Assembly: GCA_028408365.1 (NCBI GenBank)
Contig: JAOOLD010000005.1
Location: 1,883-65,882 of the forward strand
Origin: Bacteroidota bacterium
Lineage (GTDB): Bacteria > Bacteroidota > Bacteroidia > Flavobacteriales > BACL11
DNA: 64,000 nucleotides
Reading direction: 5' to 3'
Part shown: piece after piece, positions 9,701-18,640 of the stretch
Layout of the letters: every line of letters starts with the position of its first letter
Numbering within the stretch: the stretch's first letter is position 1
Notes under the pieces: model-generated
The model's input: the letters and a program-made list of their open reading frames with translations, nothing else
Database searches by the model: none
Told to the model about the DNA's origin: nothing
Translations under genes and position numbers: made by a program

Positions 9701-11145
9701 CACTATCCTTTGAAGCAAATTATGCAAAATATGAGTTAAAAAGTGACAAGTTAGAAATTTACGGAATCAATTCCTTAGTTGTTGCTGATGCAGAAATTAG
9801 TAATACAAGCTCAAAGATATTCATTGAAGACGGCAGAGTGGAGTCTTTAGAGAATTGCAACATAACATTAATTGATTCTAACACTAATTATAAATTTTAT
9901 AATTGTAAAGTCGATATTCTTGATGCAAACAAATATTTCGCATCAGGTTATTACAATTTTAAGCATGAAAATCAAAAATTATTTTTTGATTCTATTTATG
10001 TTACCAAAGATTTTGTAACTAATGCAAATGCATCAATAGAAATAGATAAAGAATTTAAGATTAATGATAAATTTAAGTTTTATGGAAAATTAAAGCTATT
10101 TAGAAAATCAAGTGATTTTAATTACAATGGATATTTTAAAATTCTTAGTAATTGTTTATCTGCTGATTGGGTTAGTTTTAATTCTAATCTTAATCTAGAC
10201 TCTCTTGTTATTAATTTGGAGAAAAATAGTGTTAATGATTTTTCTAAAAATATTTATTATGGACATTTTTTTAGTTCTGATTCTTTAACAGTATATCCAG
10301 TTTTAATGAACAAAAAATTCAAATCAAATGATAAAAGTTTACTTTCATTAGAAAATAAGATATCTTTTACTAATAATGACACCTTTATTTTTGGACAACG
10401 AGATAGCTCTAGTAGTTATTTTTCTTTTGATGATAAGTCTTGTAAATCTGTAAGTACAGGTAAGGTTAATCTCACTTCAGAAATGGGTAGGGTGAAAATA
10501 GATTCATACGGAAACTTTTCGATTGAAAATAATTTAAAATCATTTGAAGGCTTTCTTTTATTTGATTTTTACTTTAATGATGAAGCTTTACAAATAATGG
10601 TTGATGATATCTATTCTGCACCTGGAGATTTAGATTTCAATTTTGATGAAAACTATCTTTTAAATTTGTGTAAGGTTGTTGGAACTAATGAAGCTGAAAA
10701 TTTGTATTTAGATCTTGAAGTAAGTGATGAATTCGCTGTATTTCCAAGTGAAATGGCTAGTACTCTTAATTTCACTAATGTTAATTTGGTTTGGAATTCA
10801 ACTCTTAAATCTTACGTGTCAAATGGTTATATCGGACTTGGAAACATTTTAAATAATCAAATAAACTCACTTCTTGAGGGAAAAGTTATTCTTGATAAAA
10901 AAAGAAACAAAAATCAATTTACAATTTATCTTAAAACAGAGTTTGATGATATATATTATTTTAACTACAAAAATGGTATAATGAAATGTTATTCCTCTAA
11001 TGATGATTTTATGAACATTATTAAAGAAACAAAGGACTCTAAAAGGCAAGCAAAGCAAAGAAAAAACCAGAAACCATTTAAATATACTCTAGAAACAAAA
11101 GCTAACGTTGAACGTTTCATAAAAAATTTAAATAAGTATAATTAA
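6763..11145 (+). CDS. Giant (1460 aa) secreted or envelope protein of unknown function
   Basis: Uninterrupted 4.4-kb ORF with an N-terminal hydrophobic signal or anchor (LLLFFVFQFSFLNAQ). No motif I recognise. Sequence is beta-rich and Asn/Ser/Phe/Lys-rich. Confidence 0.8.
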   Translation: MVIVKNKKITLLLFFVFQFSFLNAQISNESSIQQQSVQKKLESYIKLKENKDLKSSYKKFSKILSENKDLETGRLLNFMIQKKLKPNSHFRNFFESYLLVFSSNSHDLDSWINVLQKVLEENTINKFNNFLIYSANLVQLKSIRKTKTLNWSYSDSKVFFDYVDQNPVVVFSDPTNLMCTTKGNSIKINLTRGKYYPFENKWNGEEGVVDWSTHSISSDSIYVILDKYKIDTRSTKINCDSVSFYNKYLFDKPLTGKFQNRISIGKMSQTYPRFTSYSKKIFLKEIFNGIDYEGGYMLNGKKFIADGGKYADAKIIFKKNGKKLLVAESDRFNLESKSLTSSSCALKIYFDNDSIFHSDLKLKYFDDERKLQLFNSINTSFRKPMINSYHKMSIYFEMMEWSIDSSLIEFGSVPGASISNVEFESLDFFDEKKYDMLAGIDEIHPLILISNYVRDKQENIFYVSDFAKYIGYPILQVKNYLINLSNYGFLFYDSGEERIYVQENVEKYIKAKSKLSDYDVISFVSSLRNNSKNKIVNAAINLENKDLMIAGVRDITLSKTQSVFLKPFKGRLVFKKNRDFSFSGFISAGSGRFNLFGKKFDFIYDDFKINLNKIDSVRLKVPKLPVKKDMYGNEILTDVKTVLQSVTGDLVIDNENNKSGIYRDSFPNYPIFRSFERSFVYYDDKSIFNSIYDRKNFYFHLDPFEIDSLENYSGKGLAFSGDFVSAGIFNNFSDTLKLQDDYSLGFSKIFGDTGEEIYGKTKYYTNINLSNKGLKGNGRLEYLNSSYYNKEVFFFPDSAILLTDSIFIDQIMDGIEFPDVKNSVTLSKYLPYQDKVFINKIDSSFSFYANQAFFDGRLCFQPIGLTGLGKMKLDNSEVHAQRFNFNAEWFKSDTADLFVYNGDKLSFETKNLRTNIDIYEKKGTFFSNGIMSSVNFVTNNYFCRIDKLDWDIRNDILEFGDSLNQGSFLEFISTSSTDDSLSFEANYAKYELKSDKLEIYGINSLVVADAEISNTSSKIFIEDGRVESLENCNITLIDSNTNYKFYNCKVDILDANKYFASGYYNFKHENQKLFFDSIYVTKDFVTNANASIEIDKEFKINDKFKFYGKLKLFRKSSDFNYNGYFKILSNCLSADWVSFNSNLNLDSLVINLEKNSVNDFSKNIYYGHFFSSDSLTVYPVLMNKKFKSNDKSLLSLENKISFTNNDTFIFGQRDSSSSYFSFDDKSCKSVSTGKVNLTSEMGRVKIDSYGNFSIENNLKSFEGFLLFDFYFNDEALQIMVDDIYSAPGDLDFNFDENYLLNLCKVVGTNEAENLYLDLEVSDEFAVFPSEMASTLNFTNVNLVWNSTLKSYVSNGYIGLGNILNNQINSLLEGKVILDKKRNKNQFTIYLKTEFDDIYYFNYKNGIMKCYSSNDDFMNIIKETKDSKRQAKQRKNQKPFKYTLETKANVERFIKNLNKYN

Positions 11146-11207
11146 TGTTTTTTTTCATAAGTTTTTTTTCATAATATTGAATGTTTTTAATATTGTAGAA
11201 ACAACAC

Positions 11208-11474
11208 ATGGCCAATAAATCCAAACCTTTAAGTAACCAAAAAAGTAAAACTCTTTTAAAAGAACTAGTTCTTGTAAATGATGATTATAACACTTTTGAA
11301 CATGTGACGGATTGTCTAGAGGCCATTTGTGATCACACTCCATTACAAGCAGAACAATGCGCTGTTTTGACACATCTTAAAGGAAGTTGTGTTGTTTTAA
11401 CAGGAGAGATCGACTATCTTGAGCAATTTAGATATGATCTAAGCCTATACGGTTTAAATGTTGAAATAAGATAA
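11208..11474 (+). CDS. clpS: ATP-dependent Clp protease adaptor ClpS
   Basis: VNDDYNTFEHV......H.P.QAEQCA...H.KG core. Confidence 0.88.
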   Translation: MANKSKPLSNQKSKTLLKELVLVNDDYNTFEHVTDCLEAICDHTPLQAEQCAVLTHLKGSCVVLTGEIDYLEQFRYDLSLYGLNVEIR

Positions 11475-11517
11475 TTAATCAACATATTTTAATTTTCAGT
11501 TTTTAAATTTGTAAAAT

Positions 11518-11591
11518 GGCTCTGTAGCTTAACTGGATAGAGCACCTGACTACGGATCAGGAGGTTGGGGGTTCGACTCCCTCCAGAGTCA
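11518..11591 (+). tRNA. tRNA-Arg (anticodon ACG)
   Basis: Cloverleaf folded by hand: acceptor GGCTCTG/CAGAGTC, D arm GCTT..GAGC, anticodon stem CCTGA/TCAGG with loop CT-ACG-GA, T arm GGGGG-TTCGACT-CCCTC. CCA is not encoded. Confidence 0.9.
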
Positions 11592-11597
11592 CTAGTT

Positions 11598-12425
11598 TTA
11601 TTTTCTATCTATGAAAATTATAATATCATTTTTCACTTCTAAATCTGTTTGAATTTGATATACATTGTTTTCTACTTTGATTTCAACTGCGCTAGTGTTT
11701 GGAGGATTGGTTCCTTCATTTACAGCACTAATGACTAATGAATTCCTTCCTTTACTAAGTTTTACTCTTCTTTTTTTTGGTTTATTTTTTGTTGAATAAT
11801 TTTCAAGGATTAAATCATCATTAAATTTTATAGTTATCATATCATTATCTTCTTGGTTTGGGTCCCATATTCTTATGCTAATATATCTTTTACTGGCTTC
11901 AATATAGAATTTATCATCTTTCTTAAGAGTTATTTTTTTGTTATTATCTTCTGATTTGTCATTAATACTTTTTTGAATTCTTTTATTTATTTTACTCTCA
12001 ATTTTTTTTAGTTTTTCTTTCTTAATAAGTATAACTTTTCCCTCAGCGCATTTGTCTTTATTATCAAAATATCCAATAAATTCACCTTCAAGTCTTTTAG
12101 ATTTAAAAGATCCCTTTTCACTTAAATCTATTCTTAAATGGCAAAAATTTTTAATACTTTCCTTAGATTTTGTATAAATTATATGTTTTTCAATTATTAT
12201 ATATTCATTTTTTGCTTTATCAAAAGTCCCTTCAATACTTGATTTTGTTTCACTACTAGTACCATAATTAGTTATCGAATATCCTGTTATATTTTCTTTA
12301 TTGATGATTAAATTTAATTGGAATGTATATATTGTGCTATCAGATAATATTATACTACCAACATACTCTTCAGCATTTAATTCTGATTGAAAAAATATAA
12401 TGATTATCATTAGTATTTTTTTCAT
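11598..12425 (-). CDS. Secreted hypothetical protein
   Basis: Signal peptide (MKKILMIIIIFFQSELNA). Long ORF with no recognised domain. Confidence 0.6.
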   Translation of the reverse strand: MKKILMIIIIFFQSELNAEEYVGSIILSDSTIYTFQLNLIINKENITGYSITNYGTSSETKSSIEGTFDKAKNEYIIIEKHIIYTKSKESIKNFCHLRIDLSEKGSFKSKRLEGEFIGYFDNKDKCAEGKVILIKKEKLKKIESKINKRIQKSINDKSEDNNKKITLKKDDKFYIEASKRYISIRIWDPNQEDNDMITIKFNDDLILENYSTKNKPKKRRVKLSKGRNSLVISAVNEGTNPPNTSAVEIKVENNVYQIQTDLEVKNDIIIFIDRK

Positions 12426-12455
12426 TTTTTATAATTTGGTATTAAATTTAAAATT

Positions 12456-12857
12456 GTGAGTAAAATACATTTAGTCTTTTGTTTCATGTTATTGTTTCCT
12501 TTTATTTCAAATGGATCATTTCCAGTTCAAAATTATGAAAGTCAAACAATATCTGTAAAAAATGATAATGAAATGATTAATTATCTTAAAACAGAAAAAA
12601 GCGATGGTAGTTTTCCTTTTGGGTTCTCCTCATTATTAATTGGTGTATTGTCAATTCCATTATTATTTGTATTACCTGTTTTAGGTGCACTATTTTCTGT
12701 TTTAGCAATAGTCTTTGGAAGTATTGGATTAAAAAGTAAAGGAAGAGTTATGGCAATTGCTGGAATATGCTTGGGATCATTAGCTTTATTAATAGGTATA
12801 TTTTTTATTATTTACGCTATGGCAGTTATGATTTCAATATTAAATGCTTTAAATTGA
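12456..12857 (+). CDS. Small membrane protein (DUF4190-like C-terminal Gly/Leu-rich TM hairpin)
   Basis: GTG start, signal-like N-terminus, and two C-terminal TM helices (LLIGVLSIPLLFVLPVLG.., AIAGICLGSLALLIGIFF). Confidence 0.55.
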   Translation: MSKIHLVFCFMLLFPFISNGSFPVQNYESQTISVKNDNEMINYLKTEKSDGSFPFGFSSLLIGVLSIPLLFVLPVLGALFSVLAIVFGSIGLKSKGRVMAIAGICLGSLALLIGIFFIIYAMAVMISILNALN

Positions 12858-12869
12858 AAGCTTTTTGCA

Positions 12870-14201
12870 TCAATCAATCAGATTTTCAATAATTAAATTA
12901 TCAAAGTTTCCAGAGCTCATCATTAGAAGATTTGTATACTTAAAATTAAAAGATTTAATAAATTTTTCTAATTTTTTTGAATCATCGAAAATATTTAAGT
13001 CCTGATAAGAAAAAGCTTCAAAAATTTCTTGTTTGCTAATTTTCTTAAGATTTTTTGACTTAATATTTTTTGGGTTATAATAAATAATTGCAATATCTGA
13101 TTCATTCATACATTCTTTATATTCAGATAAATAAGACTTATTTAAGCTACTAAAGGTATTTAACTCCATACACGCAATCAACCTTCTGTTAAATTGATTT
13201 TTAACAGCATTAATTGTTGCTTTTAACTTTGATGGAGAATGTGCAAAATCTCTAAATAATGTTGATGTTTTTGTTTTTTTAACTGTCTCTAATCTCATTT
13301 CAGCACCATTAAAAGTTGAGATGCTTTGCAAAAAACTTTTTTTATCGATTTTTAAAATTTTACAAACTTCCATCGCAGCTTTAATATTTTGCATATTGTG
13401 ATTGCCAAAAACTTTTAGCTCCGCACCGTTTAAAACAGTTTTATTATTTATTATCTCATAATTAGGTGTATTGTAAGCTATAAACTTAGCTTTGGAATTA
13501 GATTTAAGAACTAAATTTTTAAGATTATTGTCATCTTCAAAATAAATCAATTTTTCTTTGACCATTTCGATAAATTGTTTGAATTGTTCAACATATATGT
13601 CAAAGGTTTTAAAGACATTTATATGATCCCAAGAGATTCCAGTTATAACAGCCACATTAGGGTCATATTTATGAAATTTTGGAGTCGGGTCAATGGTTGA
13701 TGAAAGATATTCATCTCCCTCCAGAATTATAATTTTATTTTTTTTTGTGAGTTGAAACATATTTTTAAATCCTTCTATTTTAGCACCCACCATGTAATCA
13801 AATTCAATTTTCATTGATTTTAATACATGCATGATCATAGAAGTTATTGAAGTTTTTCCATGACTACCTGCAATGACTATTTTAAACTTGTCTACGCTGT
13901 GCTTTGCAATGTATTGAGGAAAGGAATATATAGGTATATTCATCTTCCTTGCCTGCAAAAGCTCAGGATTATCTTCTTTTGCGTGCATACCTAAAATAAC
14001 ACAATCAATTTTATCTGTTATCTTTGACTTATTCCATCCTAATTTTTCTGGAAGTAAATTATATTTCTTAAGTCTACTCATACTTGGTTCATAAATTTGA
14101 TCGTCTGAACCACTGATATTGTTGGATTTTGATAAACAAATGGCCATATTATGCATTACAGCTCCCCCAATTGCTATAAAATGGATATTCATAATATCCA
14201 A
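12870..14201 (-). CDS. mpl: UDP-N-acetylmuramate:L-alanyl-gamma-D-glutamyl-meso-DAP ligase (Mur ligase family, Mpl)
   Basis: HFIAIGGAVMHNMA, the P-loop GSHGKTSITSM, and the Mur ligase middle and C-terminal domains. Confidence 0.8.
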   Translation of the reverse strand: MDIMNIHFIAIGGAVMHNMAICLSKSNNISGSDDQIYEPSMSRLKKYNLLPEKLGWNKSKITDKIDCVILGMHAKEDNPELLQARKMNIPIYSFPQYIAKHSVDKFKIVIAGSHGKTSITSMIMHVLKSMKIEFDYMVGAKIEGFKNMFQLTKKNKIIILEGDEYLSSTIDPTPKFHKYDPNVAVITGISWDHINVFKTFDIYVEQFKQFIEMVKEKLIYFEDDNNLKNLVLKSNSKAKFIAYNTPNYEIINNKTVLNGAELKVFGNHNMQNIKAAMEVCKILKIDKKSFLQSISTFNGAEMRLETVKKTKTSTLFRDFAHSPSKLKATINAVKNQFNRRLIACMELNTFSSLNKSYLSEYKECMNESDIAIIYYNPKNIKSKNLKKISKQEIFEAFSYQDLNIFDDSKKLEKFIKSFNFKYTNLLMMSSGNFDNLIIENLID

Positions 14202-14251
14202 ATTAAATATTAATTCTAATTATTATATTCGTGATTATATAATTTGTCAAC

Positions 14252-15094
14252 ATGAAATTGTATACAATAGATACAGGATATTTTAAACTTGATGGAGGCG
14301 CTATGTTTGGTGTAGTTCCAAAGTCATTATGGCAAAGAACAAACCCTGCTGATGAAAATAATTTATGCACTTGGGCAATGCGTTCACTTTTAATTGAACA
14401 AGAGAATAAACTTATTTTAATTGATACTGGTATTGGAGATAAGCAAAGTGAGAATTTTTTCAAGCACTATTATCTGCATGGAGATGATAGCTTACAAAAA
14501 TCTATTAATTCATTAGGTTATAGTTCAGAACAGATTACAGATGTTATCTTAACTCACTTACATTTTGATCATTGCGGAGGTAGTGTTATTTATGATAAAG
14601 TGAAAAATAAATATGAGCTTGCATTTAAAAATGCTAATTTTTGGACTAGTAAGAAACATTGGGAATGGGCAACTGATCCCAATAGTAGAGAAAAAGCATC
14701 TTTTTTGAAAGAAAATATCCATCCGATAAAGGAGAGTGGCAGATTAAAATTAATTGAAAATGAAGGAAAGTTATTTGAAAATATTTCTGTTTTTTTTGTA
14801 AGCGGTCATACAGAGTCACAAACTATACCAATAATTAATTATAACGATAAAAAGATTGTTTTCATGGCTGATCTACTTCCAAGTATTGGTCATATACCAC
14901 TTGCTTATGTTATGGGATATGATACAAGGCCATTAATCACTCTTGAAGAAAAAAGACAGTTCTTGGATGAGGCAGCTGATAAAAATTATATTCTTTTCTT
15001 ACAACATGATCCTAATTATGAATGTTGCACTGTTAAGAAAACTGAAAAAGGGGTAAGGTTAAAACAAAAATTTAATCTTTCAGACATCATATAG
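14252..15094 (+). CDS. MBL-fold metallo-hydrolase
   Basis: THLHFDHCGG metal-binding motif. Confidence 0.8.
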   Translation: MKLYTIDTGYFKLDGGAMFGVVPKSLWQRTNPADENNLCTWAMRSLLIEQENKLILIDTGIGDKQSENFFKHYYLHGDDSLQKSINSLGYSSEQITDVILTHLHFDHCGGSVIYDKVKNKYELAFKNANFWTSKKHWEWATDPNSREKASFLKENIHPIKESGRLKLIENEGKLFENISVFFVSGHTESQTIPIINYNDKKIVFMADLLPSIGHIPLAYVMGYDTRPLITLEEKRQFLDEAADKNYILFLQHDPNYECCTVKKTEKGVRLKQKFNLSDII

Positions 15095-15122
15095 AGATTA
15101 AATAATTTTAAATTAGATACCA

Positions 15123-16037
15123 ATGAGTTATCTTAAATATTCTCCATTTTTAAAGAAAAAATTTGGTGTTAAAGTACAAAAAGTATCAATTGATGCAGGT
15201 TTTACATGTCCTAATCAAGATGGTATTAAAGGAGTTGGTGGTTGTACATATTGCAATAATAATTCATTCAATCCAAAATACTGCAAGCCAAAAAAAAGTA
15301 TCACAACTCAAATTAATGAAGGAATTTCTTTTTTTTCAAAAAAATATAAAAATCTAAAATATCTAGCTTATTTTCAAGCATATACAAATACATACGCTGA
15401 GCTTTCTAAGCTAAAACAGATGTTCGAAGAAGCTTTAAAACATGAAAATATATTAGGTTTAATAATTGCTACTAGGCCTGATTGTGTAGATACTGATACT
15501 CTTGATTATTTAGAACATCTTGTAAGCAAGGGATTTTACATAAAAATTGAATATGGTATTGAATCTACAATTGATAGAACTTTGAATTTAATTAATAGAT
15601 GTCAAACATATTCTGAAACGATTAGAGCTTTTGAAATTTCAAAAAACAGAAATATAGATTTAGGAGGTCATCTAATTTTAGGATTACCAAAAGAGAGTAA
15701 AGAAGATATGCTTTCTCATGCTGAAAAAATATCTAATCTTCCCATTAACAGTTTAAAAATACATCATCTTCAAATTATAAAAAATACGATGATGGCCTAC
15801 CAATTTAAGAATGATAAAACATATTTTAATTTTTTTGATCTAGATGAATATATTGATTTAGTTATTGATTTTTTAGAAAAGCTAAGACCTGACATCATGA
15901 TAGAAAGGTTTTTTAGTGAATCACCATCAGAAATACTAATTTACCCTAAGTATGGGCTGAAAAATTATCAACTCACTTCTTTGGTGGAAAAAAGAATAAA
16001 AGAGAGAGGTGCTTTTCAAGGAAAATTCTATTATTAA
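15123..16037 (+). CDS. TIGR01212-family radical SAM protein
   Basis: DAGFTCPNQDG...GGCTYCNN cluster motif, with typical length and architecture. Confidence 0.8.
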   Translation: MSYLKYSPFLKKKFGVKVQKVSIDAGFTCPNQDGIKGVGGCTYCNNNSFNPKYCKPKKSITTQINEGISFFSKKYKNLKYLAYFQAYTNTYAELSKLKQMFEEALKHENILGLIIATRPDCVDTDTLDYLEHLVSKGFYIKIEYGIESTIDRTLNLINRCQTYSETIRAFEISKNRNIDLGGHLILGLPKESKEDMLSHAEKISNLPINSLKIHHLQIIKNTMMAYQFKNDKTYFNFFDLDEYIDLVIDFLEKLRPDIMIERFFSESPSEILIYPKYGLKNYQLTSLVEKRIKERGAFQGKFYY

Positions 16038-17113
16038 ACTAATTGTTTTTTACGTATCAAAATAAAAGCTAGCACAGCATAAAGTATGTTGGGGATCCAT
16101 ACAGAAAGAAAAGGACTAAGGTTTGATTTTATTGAGAATGTAGTTGAAATTTGCATAAATAGAATGAAGCTGAATGCAATGAATATACCTATCGCAATGT
16201 TTATTCCCATACCTCCTTTTCTTCTTTTTAAAGAAATTGCAAATGCTATAATTGTTAAAATTACAGTAGAAAATGGATAGGATAACCTTTTGTATTTCTC
16301 TAACTTATAGTATAAAATTTGTTCATTTCCTTTAATTTTCTCTTTTTCAATAAATTTATTTAGCTCAAATAAGTTCATAGTTTCAACTATGTTTTTTCTG
16401 TATTTTAAGTCGTCTGGGTTAAAATTTATTAATGTATCAATTTGTTTCCCAAAAGATAATATTTCATTTGAATCATTAAACTTCCGTATCTGATAGTTAA
16501 AAATTTTCCATTTAGAGACAGTAGTATCATACTGAGCGTATGATGAATTTAGTTTAGAAACTAGTTTCCCATTTTCAATATTTTCAATTGAAAATTTATA
16601 AGCAATATCTCTTACAGAATTATAACTGTCCATATAAATATATTGACCTGGAAGGATTTGTATATTTTTGCTTTTAATTCTTTTATTTTTTTTTCCTTTT
16701 AGGTAATTGTTTTCAAACTCAATTCTCTCAATATTAGAATTAGGAATTATAAAATTTCCTAAGAAAAAAGAAAAAGAAGCTAAAAATATAGAGGTTATAA
16801 AAAAAGGATAAAGTAATCTTTTTAAGCTTATTCCGCTATTGAAAATACTTATGAATTCCATATTTAAAGCCATCTTAGAAGAGAATGCTATTACTGATAA
16901 AAAGATGAAAAAAGGACTGAAAAGATTTATAAAATAAGGTATGAAATTAAAGTAGTATTTAAAAACTATAGCATTGATAGGAACACTATTTTCTAAAAAA
17001 TCATCAATTTTTTCGGAAATGTCAAAAACAATAACTATTACTACAAAAATTGAAATTCCAAAAAAGAATGTTTTTAAAAATTTCTTTATAATGTATTTAT
17101 CAAATCTTTGCAT
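16034..17113 (-). CDS. LptF/LptG (YjgP/YjgQ) family LPS export permease
   Basis: N-terminal MQRFDKYIIKKFLKTFF, three TM helices, a periplasmic beta-jellyroll region, then three C-terminal TM helices. Confidence 0.8.
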   Translation of the reverse strand: MQRFDKYIIKKFLKTFFFGISIFVVIVIVFDISEKIDDFLENSVPINAIVFKYYFNFIPYFINLFSPFFIFLSVIAFSSKMALNMEFISIFNSGISLKRLLYPFFITSIFLASFSFFLGNFIIPNSNIERIEFENNYLKGKKNKRIKSKNIQILPGQYIYMDSYNSVRDIAYKFSIENIENGKLVSKLNSSYAQYDTTVSKWKIFNYQIRKFNDSNEILSFGKQIDTLINFNPDDLKYRKNIVETMNLFELNKFIEKEKIKGNEQILYYKLEKYKRLSYPFSTVILTIIAFAISLKRRKGGMGINIAIGIFIAFSFILFMQISTTFSIKSNLSPFLSVWIPNILYAVLAFILIRKKQLV

Positions 17114-17123
17114 GATTAATAAA

Positions 17124-18254
17124 TTAGAGTCTTGATGATAGTTTTTTCAGCATGCTATTTTTCCAATCAGTGAACATACCTTCATTAATTTTGTTTCGAG
17201 ATTCCTCAATAAGCCATGAGTAAAATCGCAGATTGTGCAAGGTTGCGATTTGCTTTGCTAAAATTTCGTTACAATTAAATAAATGTCTTAAATATGCTTT
17301 GGTGTAGTCTCTATCAACCTCAGACTTTCCATTTTTATCTAAAACAGAGTGATCATTTTTCCATTTACTGTTTTTTATATTGATGACGCCTTCTGAAGTA
17401 AATAGCATTCCGTTTCTAGCATTTCTACTTGGCAGCACACAATCAAACATGTCAACACCTAATGCAATGTTTTCTAGAAGATTAGATGGCGTACCCACAC
17501 CCATTAAATAGCGTGGTTTGTCTTTTGGTAATATTGAACAGACTATGTCTGTCATCTCATACATAATTTCATCAGGTTCACCAACAGATAGGCCACCTAT
17601 TGCATTTCCCTTACAATCGGTTGATGAAATAAAATCTGCTGATAATTTTCTTAACTCTTTGCTAGTTCCTCCTTGAACTATTGGAAATAATGTTTGTTCC
17701 CTTTCATAAATCTTATTAGTTGCGTTAGCTCTAGAAATACATCTTTTTAGCCACCTGTGAGTAAGCTCCATTGATTTTTTTGCATAATCAAAACCACAAT
17801 TAAATTCAGGACACTCATCAAATGCCATTATAATATCAGCTCCAATTAATCTTTGAATGTCTATTGCGTACTCAGGAGTAAAGAAATGGTAGCTTCCGTC
17901 AATGTGAGATTGAAATCTAACTCCTTTTTCAGAAATTTTTCTTTTGTTCGACAAAGAGTAAACTTGATAGCCACCACTATCCGTTATTATAGGTCTTTTC
18001 CAGTTTGTAAACGAATGTATTCCTCCTGCATTTTTTATAATTTTTACACCTGGTCTTAAATAAAGGTGATAAGTATTATTTAAAATGATCTCTGCCTTAG
18101 AATCTTCCTCTAATAAATTTTGCATGATACCTTTGACATTTCCCAATGTTCCAACTGGCATAAAAACAGGAGTTTTGATTGTGCTATTATTTATGGTAAT
18201 CTCACCTGTTCTAGCACTGGATTTTGTATCAATACTTTTTAATTGGAAGCGCAT
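17124..18254 (-). CDS. tgt: tRNA-guanosine(34) transglycosylase
   Basis: TPVFMPVGT, TDSGGYQV, MAFDEC, GLSVGE and DMFDCVLPSRNARNG motifs. Confidence 0.93.
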   Translation of the reverse strand: MRFQLKSIDTKSSARTGEITINNSTIKTPVFMPVGTLGNVKGIMQNLLEEDSKAEIILNNTYHLYLRPGVKIIKNAGGIHSFTNWKRPIITDSGGYQVYSLSNKRKISEKGVRFQSHIDGSYHFFTPEYAIDIQRLIGADIIMAFDECPEFNCGFDYAKKSMELTHRWLKRCISRANATNKIYEREQTLFPIVQGGTSKELRKLSADFISSTDCKGNAIGGLSVGEPDEIMYEMTDIVCSILPKDKPRYLMGVGTPSNLLENIALGVDMFDCVLPSRNARNGMLFTSEGVINIKNSKWKNDHSVLDKNGKSEVDRDYTKAYLRHLFNCNEILAKQIATLHNLRFYSWLIEESRNKINEGMFTDWKNSMLKKLSSRL

Positions 18255-18279
18255 CGAACAAAAATAACTAATATACTAG

Positions 18280-18310
18280 TTTGTAGATTAAAATACAATT
18301 ATTTATTTTG
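18280..18310 (+). promoter_or_regulatory. Possible Bacteroidota-type promoter for rnpB (-33 TTTG, imperfect -7 box)
   Basis: TTTG at 18280-18283 and TATTTTG at 18304-18310, 20 nt apart. The -7 element is one T short of the TAnnTTTG consensus. Confidence 0.3.
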
Positions 18311-18602
18311 TAAGTGGTTACTGATACTATCGCTTGTAATAAAGAGGAAAGTCCGGACACCAAAGAGCAGTATAGCGGATAACATCCGTCCATGAAAATG
18401 AGGACAAGTGCAACAGAAAGTATGTACAGTTAGGCTGTAGTGAAATCAGGTAAACTCTATACGGTGCAATGCCATGTATATCAAGTTTTGATAGTTGCTC
18501 GCTAAACTTGAGGGGTAGGCAGCTCGAGTTGCAAGGTAACTTGTAACCTAGATAAATGATAGTACTCGCAAGGGAACAGAATCCGGCTTACGTGTAACCT
18601 AA
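18311..18602 (+). ncRNA. rnpB: RNase P RNA (bacterial type A), compact
   Basis: Universal P4 strands GAGGAAAGTCCGG and ACAGAATCCGGCTTA. Also AGTGCAACAGAAA, GGTAAAC and TAGATAAATGA. P1 is GGTTAC (18316) paired with GTAACC (18594). P2 is TACTATC paired with GATAGTA. Confidence 0.9.
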
Positions 18603-18629
18603 AGCCAACACATTGTGTTGGCTTTTTTT
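18602..18629 (+). terminator. Rho-independent terminator after rnpB
   Basis: AAGCCAACAC-ATT-GTGTTGGCTT followed by a T run. Confidence 0.8.
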
Positions 18630-18640
18630 ATTTTTGTTAA

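Noticed and set aside
11475-11620. tRNA-Arg as a possible genomic-island attachment site.
   Set aside because: No integrase or recombinase nearby. I noticed no repeat of the tRNA 3' end (not searched systematically). The neighbours are ordinary genes (clpS and a small secreted protein).
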